A stretch of 64,000 nt of DNA, taken from a virus. The notes below the pieces were generated by a model, which saw nothing but the letters and a program-made list of their open reading frames with translations, did not search any database and was not told the DNA's origin. Below, one piece after another: positions 43,870 through 53,225 of the stretch (position 1 is the first letter of the stretch; every line of letters starts with the position of its first letter). The DNA is taken from the IMG/VR virus record IMGVR_UViG_3300027741_000027, positions 72,022 through 136,021 of that record; one strand, given 5' to 3'. The position numbers were made by a program, and so were the translations under genes.

Positions 43870-44027
43870 TACTAGTTTCTTTGTAATTGGATCGTAGGCG
43901 TCAAGCTCATAAACCACTATACATCTTGGACAAACAACTGCCTTTGGCGGAAATTCGACACACATATTCACCCATTTGACTCCGCACACACAGCGCATCA
44001 GGTATTCTGATGTTAGTGAGCGGTGCA

Positions 44028-44972
44028 TTATAGGAAAAGTGAGTCGTCGCCAATTTTGTCGTAATCAGTGAATTCTTTAGCTGATGCCTCCTTGTGCATT
44101 TCTTCTTTTACTTCTACAAACATTGCACGACGCTGTTCTTCAACGCGAGCAAGCCACACCTTCTCATACTTCTCACGAACATCATCATCGGCAGCCGCTG
44201 TCTTAGAGCGGATCCAATTTGAAGCGAGAGAACGGACTGTACCTGAGTCCGCAAGTGTCTCATTGTCAAGTCCAGCGGTAAAGGCCTCTGGGCCTTCATC
44301 CATAAGTTTTGCATAATCGGTTGAATTGGCTTCAACAATCATTTCGTTAATTGACTGATCTAGCCAAGTTGCTTCGCGGCCACCAGTAGGTCCACCCTGC
44401 TCAACAGCTTGCATGCTGAAAGGAGCAGGAGCTTCGTAAGCTGAAGTATGGCCTTCTTCAAGAGCGCGAATAACATCGCCGATCTCTTCCATCTCATAAT
44501 TAGCTTGAGTGATAACATTAGCAACGCGAGCAAGGTCAGTATCAGAAAGACCTGAGTCAATAAATAGCGAAGCCTCAACCTTAATTGCATCAAGGTCACG
44601 AACGCGATCTTCAATTGTCTTAGCATCAAATACTGAAACGGAAGATTCTACCTTCTTTTCAAGCTCTGCAATTTCATCCTTCTCTTCTTCTTCCTCTTCT
44701 TTAGAAAAAGTAAGCTTGCTAACAGGAAGTGAAGAAATACGACCATTCTCAAAACGAATAGTTACTTCATCTTCCCAAAGGCCCTTAACGCGGCCAAGAA
44801 CCTTGCCCTTAAGTCCGTTAGGAGTTACAACGTGAGTAGCGCCCTCTGCTGATGCAAGGTGGGCAGCTTCTTCTTCTATGAACATATCCTCTGAAACAGA
44901 GGCGACAATTTTTCCATCTTGATAAGTGTAAACACTACCATTTTTGAAAATATAAGTGGGTTCTGAATTCAT
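44028..44972 (-). CDS. Acidic head-morphogenesis-region protein
   Basis: 314 aa; SH3-like segment GLKGKVLGR...EVTIRFENG; between terminase and core gene. Confidence 0.75.
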   Translation of the reverse strand: MNSEPTYIFKNGSVYTYQDGKIVASVSEDMFIEEEAAHLASAEGATHVVTPNGLKGKVLGRVKGLWEDEVTIRFENGRISSLPVSKLTFSKEEEEEEKDEIAELEKKVESSVSVFDAKTIEDRVRDLDAIKVEASLFIDSGLSDTDLARVANVITQANYEMEEIGDVIRALEEGHTSAYEAPAPFSMQAVEQGGPTGGREATWLDQSINEMIVEANSTDYAKLMDEGPEAFTAGLDNETLADSGTVRSLASNWIRSKTAAADDDVREKYEKVWLARVEEQRRAMFVEVKEEMHKEASAKEFTDYDKIGDDSLFL

Positions 44973-45009
44973 CTCAATGATTACAATGTTGTTACAGTAT
45001 ATTTTCTAG

Positions 45010-47061
45010 TTATCTATTTGGAAGTCTTCTTGAAACTGGTTTTCCACCAATAGAACGCCTAGTAGGTGATACGGGGTTTTGCTTTCTTCCCATTGAACCA
45101 GAAAAATATTGTTCACCTTGCCTTTGCCCGTAAAAATGAGCTATTTGACCGGGCGTAGCGCTATCCCTGCCGCCCATGGCATAACCTCCGGGCGATCCCA
45201 TGCGCATACTTTGACCAAGGTCTGCCCTTGTTTGATTAGCCATAGAATCACCAATACAGGCTTCCACAACTTCCATCATTGCATCTGCAATATCTTTAGT
45301 TTGAATGGGGCCGACTTCTTGTTTTTCAACTCTTGGAACCCTCGCAGATTTAATTTCTTGAAGGAATTTAAGTTCAAGATTGGCGTATTGACAATCGGCA
45401 GTATCGTATGGAGCATGAATTTTATTTTGATTAACAGCAGTTTTAAATACTTCTGCTCTGTGCCAATTACCTAACGAAGTGGCGGTTTTTTCAAATACTC
45501 TAGTACTTATTCCTTGATTACGTAAAGTTTTACGAAGATAAGAAATAGGCCAAGAACTTTGATGTTGATCCATTGTTAATTGTTCAGGACGAAATATTCC
45601 ACACAATTGAACAACTTCTTCTAATATTGGTTCCCAATCAATAGTTGAATCATCAAAATCAGCAGGATTCCACCTTTGAATAATATCAAATATTACATGC
45701 TCCTCTTGTTTGTCATCTATATTAAACATTTCAGTGTGACCAAGGGCAAATCCAAAACCGGCAGTAGTAGACGATGGATCTAGATGAGCAAAATACTGAT
45801 AATCATAACTAGTACTATTTCGATTAGTTTTTAAAGGTTCATATATCAAACCATCATCGTTTTGACCAATTGGAACGCCCTTAAACATACGATCAACTTT
45901 AGCGGCATCAAGATATGAGTCAATGACTTCAGCAAAGTTTGCGCGTCTCTCAACCTTGAATTTTTCATGATCTTGACGTTCATCTTCTCGCATCTGAATA
46001 ATGGCTTGACGATCTTCATTAGTATAAAAGAATTCATCAGAGCCTTCTACGCGCTTATTAACATCCCAATCAGGAGATACAGTAACGCACTTTTTAGGAC
46101 CAATGTATAGTGGGTCTTCCCACCAACCATCAAACAATGCCCAAGAAGGAAGTTTAATACCAAGCGTCATGGGCGACATGGCATTGCCATTTTCAGTAGC
46201 CATAGCATTCTCATAACGTTCATAAAACTTGCCAACTTTAGAATAAGGCGATGAGTTAGCAAAGATCATGCCAGCAGTACCAAACTGCGCAAGGGCAGGA
46301 ATAGCAGCAGCATATACTTCATTATCAGATTGGTCAGAGTCGCCCTGCATAAAGTGAGCAAATTCGTCGAATGCAAAAACCATAGTGGCAGAACCACGAA
46401 TTGTACGAGAGTTAGCTGGAAGTGCCTTACCACGGATTGTAGCGGTGTCTCGCATGACCTTGCGGCCCTGACGTTTCCAACTAGAAATTTTGCGAAGGTC
46501 GGCTTCAGTATAAAGACTAAATTCAAGCTCTTGCATTTTGTTGATATAGCGCTGAACCGCCATGCAGGAGTTAATCATGCCCGAAACGTCGGCGTATTGC
46601 TGATCCTTAGCCTGATCTTGAGCGGCAGCGATTACAGAAAAGTAAATTTCCTTATCTGCGTCAATACCATAATGAGCATTGGGATCTTGCAGTTGAAGGG
46701 TGTCATATATTTTTTTAGATATAGAAAGTCCTGTAATGAAACCCTTTGAACAACGACGACCACCAACAAGGACAATTTCCCTGAAGTGCTTGTATCCGTT
46801 ATCTTTGCACCACTGAATTCGCTCTCTGATATTAGGAGAAATTTCAATGTTATCGCCCATGCTACCTCCGGCAATCCAGAGGTCAAGAATGCGCTCTTCT
46901 TCGTTTGTTAAATCCTCAAGAAAAAACAACTTAAGAAGAAGACGCTGCCTAGGATATAAGATTCTTCCGCAAAACTCCTTACTTTCGGCAAATTCTGTAA
47001 TGCCGACATGCCTGCGATTGAAATTAGCTTCTAACTGACCGATTAAGTCTAGTTCGCTCAT
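45010..47061 (-). CDS. terL: Terminase large subunit
   Basis: VGGRRCSKG Walker A-like, AFDEFAHF Walker B, ANSSP coupling motif, AHLDPS and KDIADAM nuclease acidic motifs. Confidence 0.92.
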   Translation of the reverse strand: MSELDLIGQLEANFNRRHVGITEFAESKEFCGRILYPRQRLLLKLFFLEDLTNEEERILDLWIAGGSMGDNIEISPNIRERIQWCKDNGYKHFREIVLVGGRRCSKGFITGLSISKKIYDTLQLQDPNAHYGIDADKEIYFSVIAAAQDQAKDQQYADVSGMINSCMAVQRYINKMQELEFSLYTEADLRKISSWKRQGRKVMRDTATIRGKALPANSRTIRGSATMVFAFDEFAHFMQGDSDQSDNEVYAAAIPALAQFGTAGMIFANSSPYSKVGKFYERYENAMATENGNAMSPMTLGIKLPSWALFDGWWEDPLYIGPKKCVTVSPDWDVNKRVEGSDEFFYTNEDRQAIIQMREDERQDHEKFKVERRANFAEVIDSYLDAAKVDRMFKGVPIGQNDDGLIYEPLKTNRNSTSYDYQYFAHLDPSSTTAGFGFALGHTEMFNIDDKQEEHVIFDIIQRWNPADFDDSTIDWEPILEEVVQLCGIFRPEQLTMDQHQSSWPISYLRKTLRNQGISTRVFEKTATSLGNWHRAEVFKTAVNQNKIHAPYDTADCQYANLELKFLQEIKSARVPRVEKQEVGPIQTKDIADAMMEVVEACIGDSMANQTRADLGQSMRMGSPGGYAMGGRDSATPGQIAHFYGQRQGEQYFSGSMGRKQNPVSPTRRSIGGKPVSRRLPNR

Positions 47062-47444
47062 CCCTTAGACTTTTCTTTTTGACCAAGGTAAGCCTCGCCC
47101 TTCTTATTGGCCTGCTTAACTTCCCAATACTTACGCTCATGGTCAAATCCATCTTTATTAAATGAATGACCTGCGACCTTACCAACGATTTCTACAATTG
47201 GTGGTTCGCCATGAAAACAGGGTGTTGGATCAAGAGTTGCAAGGATACCCATTTCTTCGGCAAGTCTAGTAATAACTTCGTCCCTAAGTTGATCCAAAAC
47301 CTCTGGGGTATTAGGACGACTAGCATACTTGCGCTGAAGGCTGCCAATAATTTTGCCCACTTGACCAACCTCAATGTCGCTAAGATCTTGAGCAAATCCC
47401 GCTAATTGTTCTGTACTTTTAATAATGTCATCTGTTTGTGACAT
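47058..47444 (-). CDS. Conserved phage hypothetical protein upstream of terminase
   Basis: 128 aa; ATGA-coupled to terL. Confidence 0.7.
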   Translation of the reverse strand: MSQTDDIIKSTEQLAGFAQDLSDIEVGQVGKIIGSLQRKYASRPNTPEVLDQLRDEVITRLAEEMGILATLDPTPCFHGEPPIVEIVGKVAGHSFNKDGFDHERKYWEVKQANKKGEAYLGQKEKSKG

Positions 47445-47482
47445 AACTTTCCTTTACTGTGATTAATTTATAAAAATTAATA

Positions 47483-48397
47483 TTATGCAATATCAATATA
47501 AGTAGGACGAATTGATAAAGAGTGCTGAGTAACTGACGCGGCAGCGCTCCATTTAAATTGAGCGGTTATTGTAGAACCAGCAGTTCCACCCTCTACTCCT
47601 ATTGTAAATGGAAATGTAGAAGAATTATAAGTAATTAATGATGACCTGAACCCGGAAAAATAACCATTTGCTGGTGACGATTGTAACCACTCATTGTCAA
47701 CCGATGCGTTATTATTACCAACTGCAAAAGACATACCAATATTGCTAGCACTGGTTGTAGTTCCTGACGCAAAAGATTCTATTCTGAAAACCGCCCCGGT
47801 CACAGTCTGTGTAGATAAAATACTTGGAATTTGAATAGTAATTCCATTACTACTAGGATTAGCGTAAACGCTTGAGGTAGTATTTAATGCTGCCGAAGTA
47901 GTAATTAAAGAAGATTGTTTCCAAGATCCTCCAACAAATTCCCATCTACTAGCGGAATTAGTATATCTCATTTTCCAAACCCAATTTGGAGAACTTGTAC
48001 TGTCAGTTAAATTAACTGTATATCCATCAAACAAATTTGAAGTAGGAAGAGTGGTTGAAAGTACAGGAAGAATTCCCGCCTTAAGTTTAGTTTCTGTTAC
48101 AGCATTGTCTGCAAGCTTTGCCGTGGTTACACCTGTCGAACCAGATGTATAAGTTTCAAGTTTTGCAGTTGTTACAGCACCGTCTGCAATTTTTGTCGTG
48201 GTTATTCCGGTTGTAGAATTTGTGCTATCTTCAATAGCACTATTTGTAATTTTAGCGCCGTGACCTAAGGCGCCTGTGTGATCATGAGCGTCAACAATAT
48301 CCCAATTAGCTGCTAATTGAATATAATCAAACTTGTTTGATGCTCCCCAAGTTTGCAATTGAAGATTTGTTGTTTTACTTCCGGGTGCTGTAGCCAT
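47483..48397 (-). CDS. Tail-fibre-like protein
   Basis: TTTKIADGAVTTAKL repeats; Ser/Thr-rich beta C-terminus; N-terminus shared with 48445..49569. Confidence 0.7.
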   Translation of the reverse strand: MATAPGSKTTNLQLQTWGASNKFDYIQLAANWDIVDAHDHTGALGHGAKITNSAIEDSTNSTTGITTTKIADGAVTTAKLETYTSGSTGVTTAKLADNAVTETKLKAGILPVLSTTLPTSNLFDGYTVNLTDSTSSPNWVWKMRYTNSASRWEFVGGSWKQSSLITTSAALNTTSSVYANPSSNGITIQIPSILSTQTVTGAVFRIESFASGTTTSASNIGMSFAVGNNNASVDNEWLQSSPANGYFSGFRSSLITYNSSTFPFTIGVEGGTAGSTITAQFKWSAAASVTQHSLSIRPTYIDIA

Positions 48398-48444
48398 AAA
48401 ATTCCTTTAACCTTTATTTATTATAATAGCAGTATTGATTTAAA

Positions 48445-49569
48445 TTATTCGTATTTGCCCAAATATGTTGCGGCAAAATTAATACTTTTAGCAGTAAAAA
48501 TTGTATAATCAGACGTTTGCGGCTCAAGTTTAATTCTGTACCACAAAGATAAATATTGACCCTGATCCATATTAACAATGCCATTAACATTGACTGGGTA
48601 GCTATCGCCAGAATATTCAAACCCGCCAGTTCCAATTGCTATATTTGTATTATCTTGTCCGGCGGCAGTATTTGAGGTAAGAGGGTCCGTATCAAATGCA
48701 TTTGCTCTAATTAAAACAGACATGGCATTATTTTTACCGGGCTGTTGATCGTGATTGAGAGTAGCACTATTCGATTCTGTCATACTAATAGATAATGAAG
48801 CAGATACTGCATAAATGCCCTTTTTAAGAATTTTAATTTTTCCGTTACTTTGAGCCATGTCGTTATAGCCCGTTGACACGACACTTGTTACAAATTGATT
48901 GTTAGGATCTAAAAATTGTCGCGCCAAAGGAACAGAGGCTCCGCCGCTCCACGTTCCGGAGCCATTAGAACCCGTTTTATCGCTGGCAACCCAAAAGGTT
49001 CCACCGGAAGTAGATGCATTTACTCCAACTATTTTATAATAACCATTATACTGTACATTTACAGTATCAGGAGAATTTTGATCACTTCTGCTGATACCTG
49101 TAATTGAAATAATTTCGCCAACGGCGGGATGTTCACTCTTTGCAGTGATCCCAGCGGCGCTATTTAAATCACTGAGGGTGTAAGTGTATTGAACGTATCC
49201 GGTGGTTGGAGAGCCGTTTACTGTGCCAGAATTTACCCCAGTAATAGCAAACCCTTTATAATTTGTTAAATCATAAGACGATAATGTTAATTTACAATAC
49301 GGATTAACGGCGGTTTTTTCAGAAGTAACTGCATTATTTTTAAGAGCTTTACCGTCAATACTGTTATCAGCAAAAGCAAAAGAAGCAAGCTTAGACTGAG
49401 GAATAGTTCCATCTTTAATTCCAGTATTACCATCAATTTGAACGCCATTGCCCGGAGAATGATCATGCTGATCAAGGGCAATAAAATTAGAAGCAAGCTG
49501 CTTATAATCATAAATATCAGTTCCAGAATTCCAAGCTGTTAAAGCCATGTTAGGAGTAGTAATAGCCAT
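48445..49569 (-). CDS. Tail-fibre-like protein with C1q/TNF-like C-terminal domain
   Basis: MAITTPNM.L..W...DY.QLA.N...D.HDH; KI.I.KKGIY.VSAS...VN.NGIV.M..G.YLSL. Confidence 0.7.
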   Translation of the reverse strand: MAITTPNMALTAWNSGTDIYDYKQLASNFIALDQHDHSPGNGVQIDGNTGIKDGTIPQSKLASFAFADNSIDGKALKNNAVTSEKTAVNPYCKLTLSSYDLTNYKGFAITGVNSGTVNGSPTTGYVQYTYTLSDLNSAAGITAKSEHPAVGEIISITGISRSDQNSPDTVNVQYNGYYKIVGVNASTSGGTFWVASDKTGSNGSGTWSGGASVPLARQFLDPNNQFVTSVVSTGYNDMAQSNGKIKILKKGIYAVSASLSISMTESNSATLNHDQQPGKNNAMSVLIRANAFDTDPLTSNTAAGQDNTNIAIGTGGFEYSGDSYPVNVNGIVNMDQGQYLSLWYRIKLEPQTSDYTIFTAKSINFAATYLGKYE

Positions 49570-49571
49570 AA

Positions 49572-50933
49572 TTACACCAAATAATTCATGTCGCAGTTGC
49601 CAATACCGCGAGCCTGCTTAGGCTCAATGCTGCCGGTAGTGCCATCCGTGTACTGACAAGCCCACAGATAGGGCTTGGCAATTGCTGGGACGTTTGCTTG
49701 AGGATTCTTTGTATAGGCTGCATGCCAATATTTAAGAGGGTTACGAGTGTGATCTGCGGGCCATTTGGTAATAGAGCTATTAATATATGGGCCGCCGCTA
49801 TAAAGTACGCGAACTGTGTAGCCAAAACGATAACAAGACTCTACAAAGTCAGCAACCCATTTATCGCCGTTCTTGCCCTCAAACTTAGGATCTTCCCAAT
49901 CAAGAACAAGGCGGTCGCCGGGATTAAGCTTACCAGCCGCCTTAATAGCATCAGTAAAATTCTTTGCCTCTGCTACAGGACCATTATTGCTTGGACGAGC
50001 AAAATGATAAACAAAGCGAGTAAGGCCAACATGACCTGCTTCACGAAAACGAGCAGTAAATGCCTGATCTTTGAAAGTAGCCCCCTCTGATGCTTTTAAA
50101 ACAATAAGTGGATAACCACCAAGTTTATATTGAGGGGCATTAAAAGAATCGTCTGCATAAATATCAGCAAAATATTTAGCATTAGGATTTGGCTTGGGCT
50201 TAGCAACAACGGGCTTGGGTTTTGGTTTTACCGGGGCTGGAATAGGTGGTTTAGCAGGAGTTGGCTTAGGTTTAGGTTTAGAAGCACCTGCTTTAACAAG
50301 ACCATTAAGAACTTTCCAAGTGCCGGGACCAACTACGCCATCGGCTTTGAGACCATAAGCAGCTTGAAATTTGTTGACTTGCTCTCTTGTACGACCACCA
50401 AAACCCGCATTTACGGGATAAAGAGCGGGCCAAAAACCATGCTTTTTAAGAAGTTTTTTCAAAAGGATGACGTAAGGACCCTTGTCGTCTTGCTTAATAA
50501 TAGGAGCGGTTTTATACTTATCAACTCCTGAATAATGACCCTCTTTCCACTTAAAATGCCAAGCCTCAGAAGGAGCATCACTCCATTGTTTCTTGAAACC
50601 AAAATTAGATCCGTAATTGGCAATAAGTTTTTGAGTTTGATAAGGAACATCAAGAGCAAGACCTAATCCATGATTAGATGTACCGGGTTGAGCAGCAAGG
50701 TTTCCTCCCGCTTGATATTTTTCCCAAGCGGCGTACTGGCTCCAACGATTAGCCCTCCAATCACCGGGCTTACCAAGAGGACGATAAGAATCATTAACCT
50801 CAACGTTTTGATTATGGACTTCCTTGCAATAACGAGCAAAAGCGTTCCAAGCATCAGCAGCGTCATGGCGAAGGCGACCCCCGCCAGTGATATTGGTCAA
50901 TTCACTATCTTTAAGTTTACCGTTAGCACTCAT
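49572..50933 (-). CDS. Endolysin: M15/VanY-like peptidase + PG-binding domain + GH25-like muramidase
   Basis: SYR...Q...AAQPGTSNHGLGLALD...EAWHF; DGVVGPGTW; KASEG, YHFARP, LDWE, QYTDG, CDMN. Confidence 0.88.
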   Translation of the reverse strand: MSANGKLKDSELTNITGGGRLRHDAADAWNAFARYCKEVHNQNVEVNDSYRPLGKPGDWRANRWSQYAAWEKYQAGGNLAAQPGTSNHGLGLALDVPYQTQKLIANYGSNFGFKKQWSDAPSEAWHFKWKEGHYSGVDKYKTAPIIKQDDKGPYVILLKKLLKKHGFWPALYPVNAGFGGRTREQVNKFQAAYGLKADGVVGPGTWKVLNGLVKAGASKPKPKPTPAKPPIPAPVKPKPKPVVAKPKPNPNAKYFADIYADDSFNAPQYKLGGYPLIVLKASEGATFKDQAFTARFREAGHVGLTRFVYHFARPSNNGPVAEAKNFTDAIKAAGKLNPGDRLVLDWEDPKFEGKNGDKWVADFVESCYRFGYTVRVLYSGGPYINSSITKWPADHTRNPLKYWHAAYTKNPQANVPAIAKPYLWACQYTDGTTGSIEPKQARGIGNCDMNYLV

Positions 50934-50960
50934 AATAAGGATTCAATACTTAAGTTACAG

Positions 50961-51221
50961 TTATAGAAGAATTTTAAGAGCTAGTTCTTGAGTACAACCC
51001 GCTTCAAGCATTTTATTAACCTTGTGCCAAGAAAGAGGAAACTCATAAGATTTTCCATTAATGACATCAACATGCTTGGCCTTTGCAAGGGATTCAGAAT
51101 CTTCCTTAGAAAATCCAAGAGCCTCAAATGTTGAAACGCGATGATCGGAAAGTTCGTCTTTGTCTGTAGCAGTCGTTGACATAACTTCCGTTTCCTCGTT
51201 TTGATATAGCTTCTTATTCAT
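50961..51221 (-). CDS. Small conserved hypothetical protein
   Basis: HRVSTF..LGF...LA...WH.V..ML.AGC..ELALKIL; start may be at MSTTATD. Confidence 0.65.
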   Translation of the reverse strand: MNKKLYQNEETEVMSTTATDKDELSDHRVSTFEALGFSKEDSESLAKAKHVDVINGKSYEFPLSWHKVNKMLEAGCTQELALKILL

Positions 51222-51251
51222 TAATTGCCGTTCTTTAGTGTTTTAACAAAA

Positions 51252-51695
51252 CTATTTATTCCAAAACCAACGATTCTTATTCTTTGGCTTAGTAAAATCA
51301 ATTGTTGTATTGTAAATATAACCTGAGCCACTAGTACCAGTAGTGTTTGGTGACTTAGGCAATGTAGCAGACTCTTTAATAACTTCCTTAGTTGCCTCAT
51401 CTACATCAACAGGAATATCATTTTTCTTTGTATAAGGATGAAAAGGACTATTTAATTGATCAAAATAATCATCTGGCATGAAAGCATCTTTAACGTCAAC
51501 TTTCTTGCCAATATTACGTTGACGAAAATAGTTAAGCTCCCTTTTAGTTGCCTCTAAAGCAATCGCTTGACTTTCGCCTTTATGACGAAGTACTCTAAGT
51601 TGTTCTTCAAGAAGGGCGACAACATATTCTGCATCCCAATACTGATTTTCAAAACACTTAGCTTGTTTTTTCCAATATTTCTTATTCTTCTTCAT
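51252..51695 (-). CDS. Coiled-coil hypothetical protein (147 aa)
   Basis: MKKNKKYW...; AAAGGA RBS. Confidence 0.65.
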   Translation of the reverse strand: MKKNKKYWKKQAKCFENQYWDAEYVVALLEEQLRVLRHKGESQAIALEATKRELNYFRQRNIGKKVDVKDAFMPDDYFDQLNSPFHPYTKKNDIPVDVDEATKEVIKESATLPKSPNTTGTSGSGYIYNTTIDFTKPKNKNRWFWNK

Positions 51696-51978
51696 TATTT
51701 TCCTTTCTGCAACAACCGTCGCAGCCGTGTATAGATTCAATTTTAGCGGCTCTAGGGCCAACATTACGAGATATCCAATTAATATGATCTGGGTCGGGAT
51801 GACCAACACCATGCTCACAAATCCTTTCCATCATAGCACGATCATCGCGCCAATGAGTGGGCCAATCTTTCATATTATGATCAGAGGGATTATGAATAGA
51901 GCAACCGTACTTGCTGCAATTTGCGGTTTCCTCATGAGTGTTAACAATTTTTTGTTTTGTGCCAGTAATATACGTCAT
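51682..51978 (-). CDS. His/Cys-rich metal-binding phage protein, leaderless
   Basis: C...CSIHNPSDH.M..WP..WR.DR..MER.C.HGVGHPDPD...HGCDGCC; TGC-TATGCT 7 nt before ATG. Confidence 0.75.
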   Translation of the reverse strand: MTYITGTKQKIVNTHEETANCSKYGCSIHNPSDHNMKDWPTHWRDDRAMMERICEHGVGHPDPDHINWISRNVGPRAAKIESIHGCDGCCRKENNEEE

Positions 51979-52068
51979 GCAAAACAGCATAGCAAAGTCC
52001 CAGCTATATTTCAAGCCGGGACCCGCTAGATAAGGATCACCCCCTAGGTAGTAGGAGAAAACCCCCTA

Positions 52069-52290
52069 CTATGCCTTGGGGGGTAATGCTGAACGAATAC
52101 CAACTGCTGATGCAAAAGCAATAACAGTTGTAAGGATCTTTTGTGCTGTTGTAGTGGCTGAGCCACCAAGTACGCCAGACTGGATAATAAATGTTGCTGC
52201 ACCAACAGCGATACCAAAGCCAAATGATACTTGTGCCTTGGTAAGATGACGGAGCCAATCAATAAATTTTGCCATATTACCTCCTTTCAA
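52069..52290 (-). CDS. Holin-like two-TM membrane protein; true start probably the second Met (MAKFID)
   Basis: Two hydrophobic helices; AAGGAGG RBS; upstream of the endolysin. Confidence 0.6.
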   Translation of the reverse strand: MKGGNMAKFIDWLRHLTKAQVSFGFGIAVGAATFIIQSGVLGGSATTTAQKILTTVIAFASAVGIRSALPPKA

Positions 52291-52309
52291 ATATTAGTGT
52301 CGGGAGTAA

Positions 52310-52382
52310 TGCCACGGACAGGGTTCGAACCTGTATAAAACCGATTATGAGTCGGGTGCCTAAACCATTCAGCCACCATGGC
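52310..52382 (-). tRNA. tRNA with CAT anticodon (elongator Met or lysidine-type Ile2)
   Basis: GCCATGG/CCGTGGC acceptor, CCCGA-CTCATAA-TCGGT arm, GGTTCGAAC T loop; no encoded CCA. Confidence 0.9.
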
Positions 52383-52385
52383 CAT

Positions 52386-52456
52386 AGTCCCGCCGGGATT
52401 TGAACCCAGAATACCACTTTATAAGAATGGCGTGTTTACCACTTACACTACGGGAC
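52386..52456 (-). tRNA. tRNA with TAT anticodon (Ile, reads AUA)
   Basis: GTCCCGT/GCGGGAC acceptor, CCATT-CTTATAA-AGTGG arm, GGTTCAAAT T loop; discriminator U. Confidence 0.85.
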
Positions 52457-52463
52457 ATTAAAT

Positions 52464-52937
52464 TTAAGCCGTCATTTTATTAGCGTACTTAGCCCATTGA
52501 ACATCAGACCTAGCAACAAGTGACTCAATACTTTCATTGTTAACAATCCAAGAACCGTCATTACTGAATTCGCAATAAATGACAGATTCAACAACGCCAA
52601 GCAACTGACGACTGCAAGAAATACAGGGCCTAGAACTAGTTGCAAAATTGCCCGTTCTGGTCAAAGTTACAATGCAAATGGTGTCTGCATTGTGATGATC
52701 TTTAGGAAGATTTAGCAAAGCATGATGTTCGGCATGAACAGAAGCAATAGCCATACCGCCGTCATGCTTATGAGCGCAACCCTTAGCTAAAATCTCGCAC
52801 TTCTTATCACTTTTAAAAACAACTGCTCCGGTTCTATGTCTCTTATGAGTAGAACGCATAGCTTGCTTAGTAGCCTCGTCCCAAATAGACATTGGAGCAT
52901 ATTCTGTTAATAGACTTGTAGATGGAATGTTTTTCAT
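52464..52937 (-). CDS. Zn-dependent cytidine/deoxycytidylate deaminase family protein, leaderless
   Basis: HRTGAVV, HAEHHAL, RPCISC; TGT-TATACT 6 nt before ATG 52937. Confidence 0.88.
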   Translation of the reverse strand: MKNIPSTSLLTEYAPMSIWDEATKQAMRSTHKRHRTGAVVFKSDKKCEILAKGCAHKHDGGMAIASVHAEHHALLNLPKDHHNADTICIVTLTRTGNFATSSRPCISCSRQLLGVVESVIYCEFSNDGSWIVNNESIESLVARSDVQWAKYANKMTA

Positions 52938-52953
52938 ACCATCAGTATAACAC

Positions 52954-52991
52954 AAAACCCCCGGCGGGGCAACCACGAACCGGGGGCTTTA
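52954..52991. terminator. Hairpin terminator
   Basis: AAAACCCCCGG...CCGGGGGCTTT. Confidence 0.6.
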
Positions 52992-53000
52992 TTATATAAT

Positions 53001-53034
53001 CCCCGGTAAGCTTCAGTGAGAAGCTTATCCGGGG
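53001..53034. other. Strong hairpin downstream of tRNA-fMet
   Basis: CCCCGG-TAAGCTTC-agtga-GAAGCTTA-T-CCGGGG. Confidence 0.6.
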
Positions 53035-53036
53035 AA

Positions 53037-53108
53037 TAGCGGTGGAGGGAATCGAACCCTCTGCCTCTTGGATATGAACCAAGCGAGATACCAGTTCTCC
53101 ACACCGCG
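53037..53108 (-). tRNA. Initiator-like tRNA-fMet (CAT)
   Basis: CGCGGTG acceptor with C1:U72 mismatch; CTTGG-TTCATAT-CCAAG arm; A73. Confidence 0.85.
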
Positions 53109-53150
53109 ATGTACTATTATAACAGAGTTATAATAAATTTTCAAGTCAAA

Positions 53151-53222
53151 CTCCCCGACTAGGATTCGAACCTAGAACCTAATGATTAACAGTCATTTGC
53201 GCTGCCGTTGCGCCATCGGGGA
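53151..53222 (-). tRNA. tRNA-Asn (GTT)
   Basis: TCCCCGA/TCGGGGA acceptor, AATGA-CTGTTAA-TCATT arm, G73. Confidence 0.92.
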
Positions 53223-53225
53223 ATG

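Noticed and set aside
43843-44028. 61-aa Cys-containing ORF between the 314-aa and 896-aa genes
   Set aside because: A CxC..CxxC pattern is present from ATG 43998, but there is no RBS and it overlaps the next gene and its candidate promoter; not supportable
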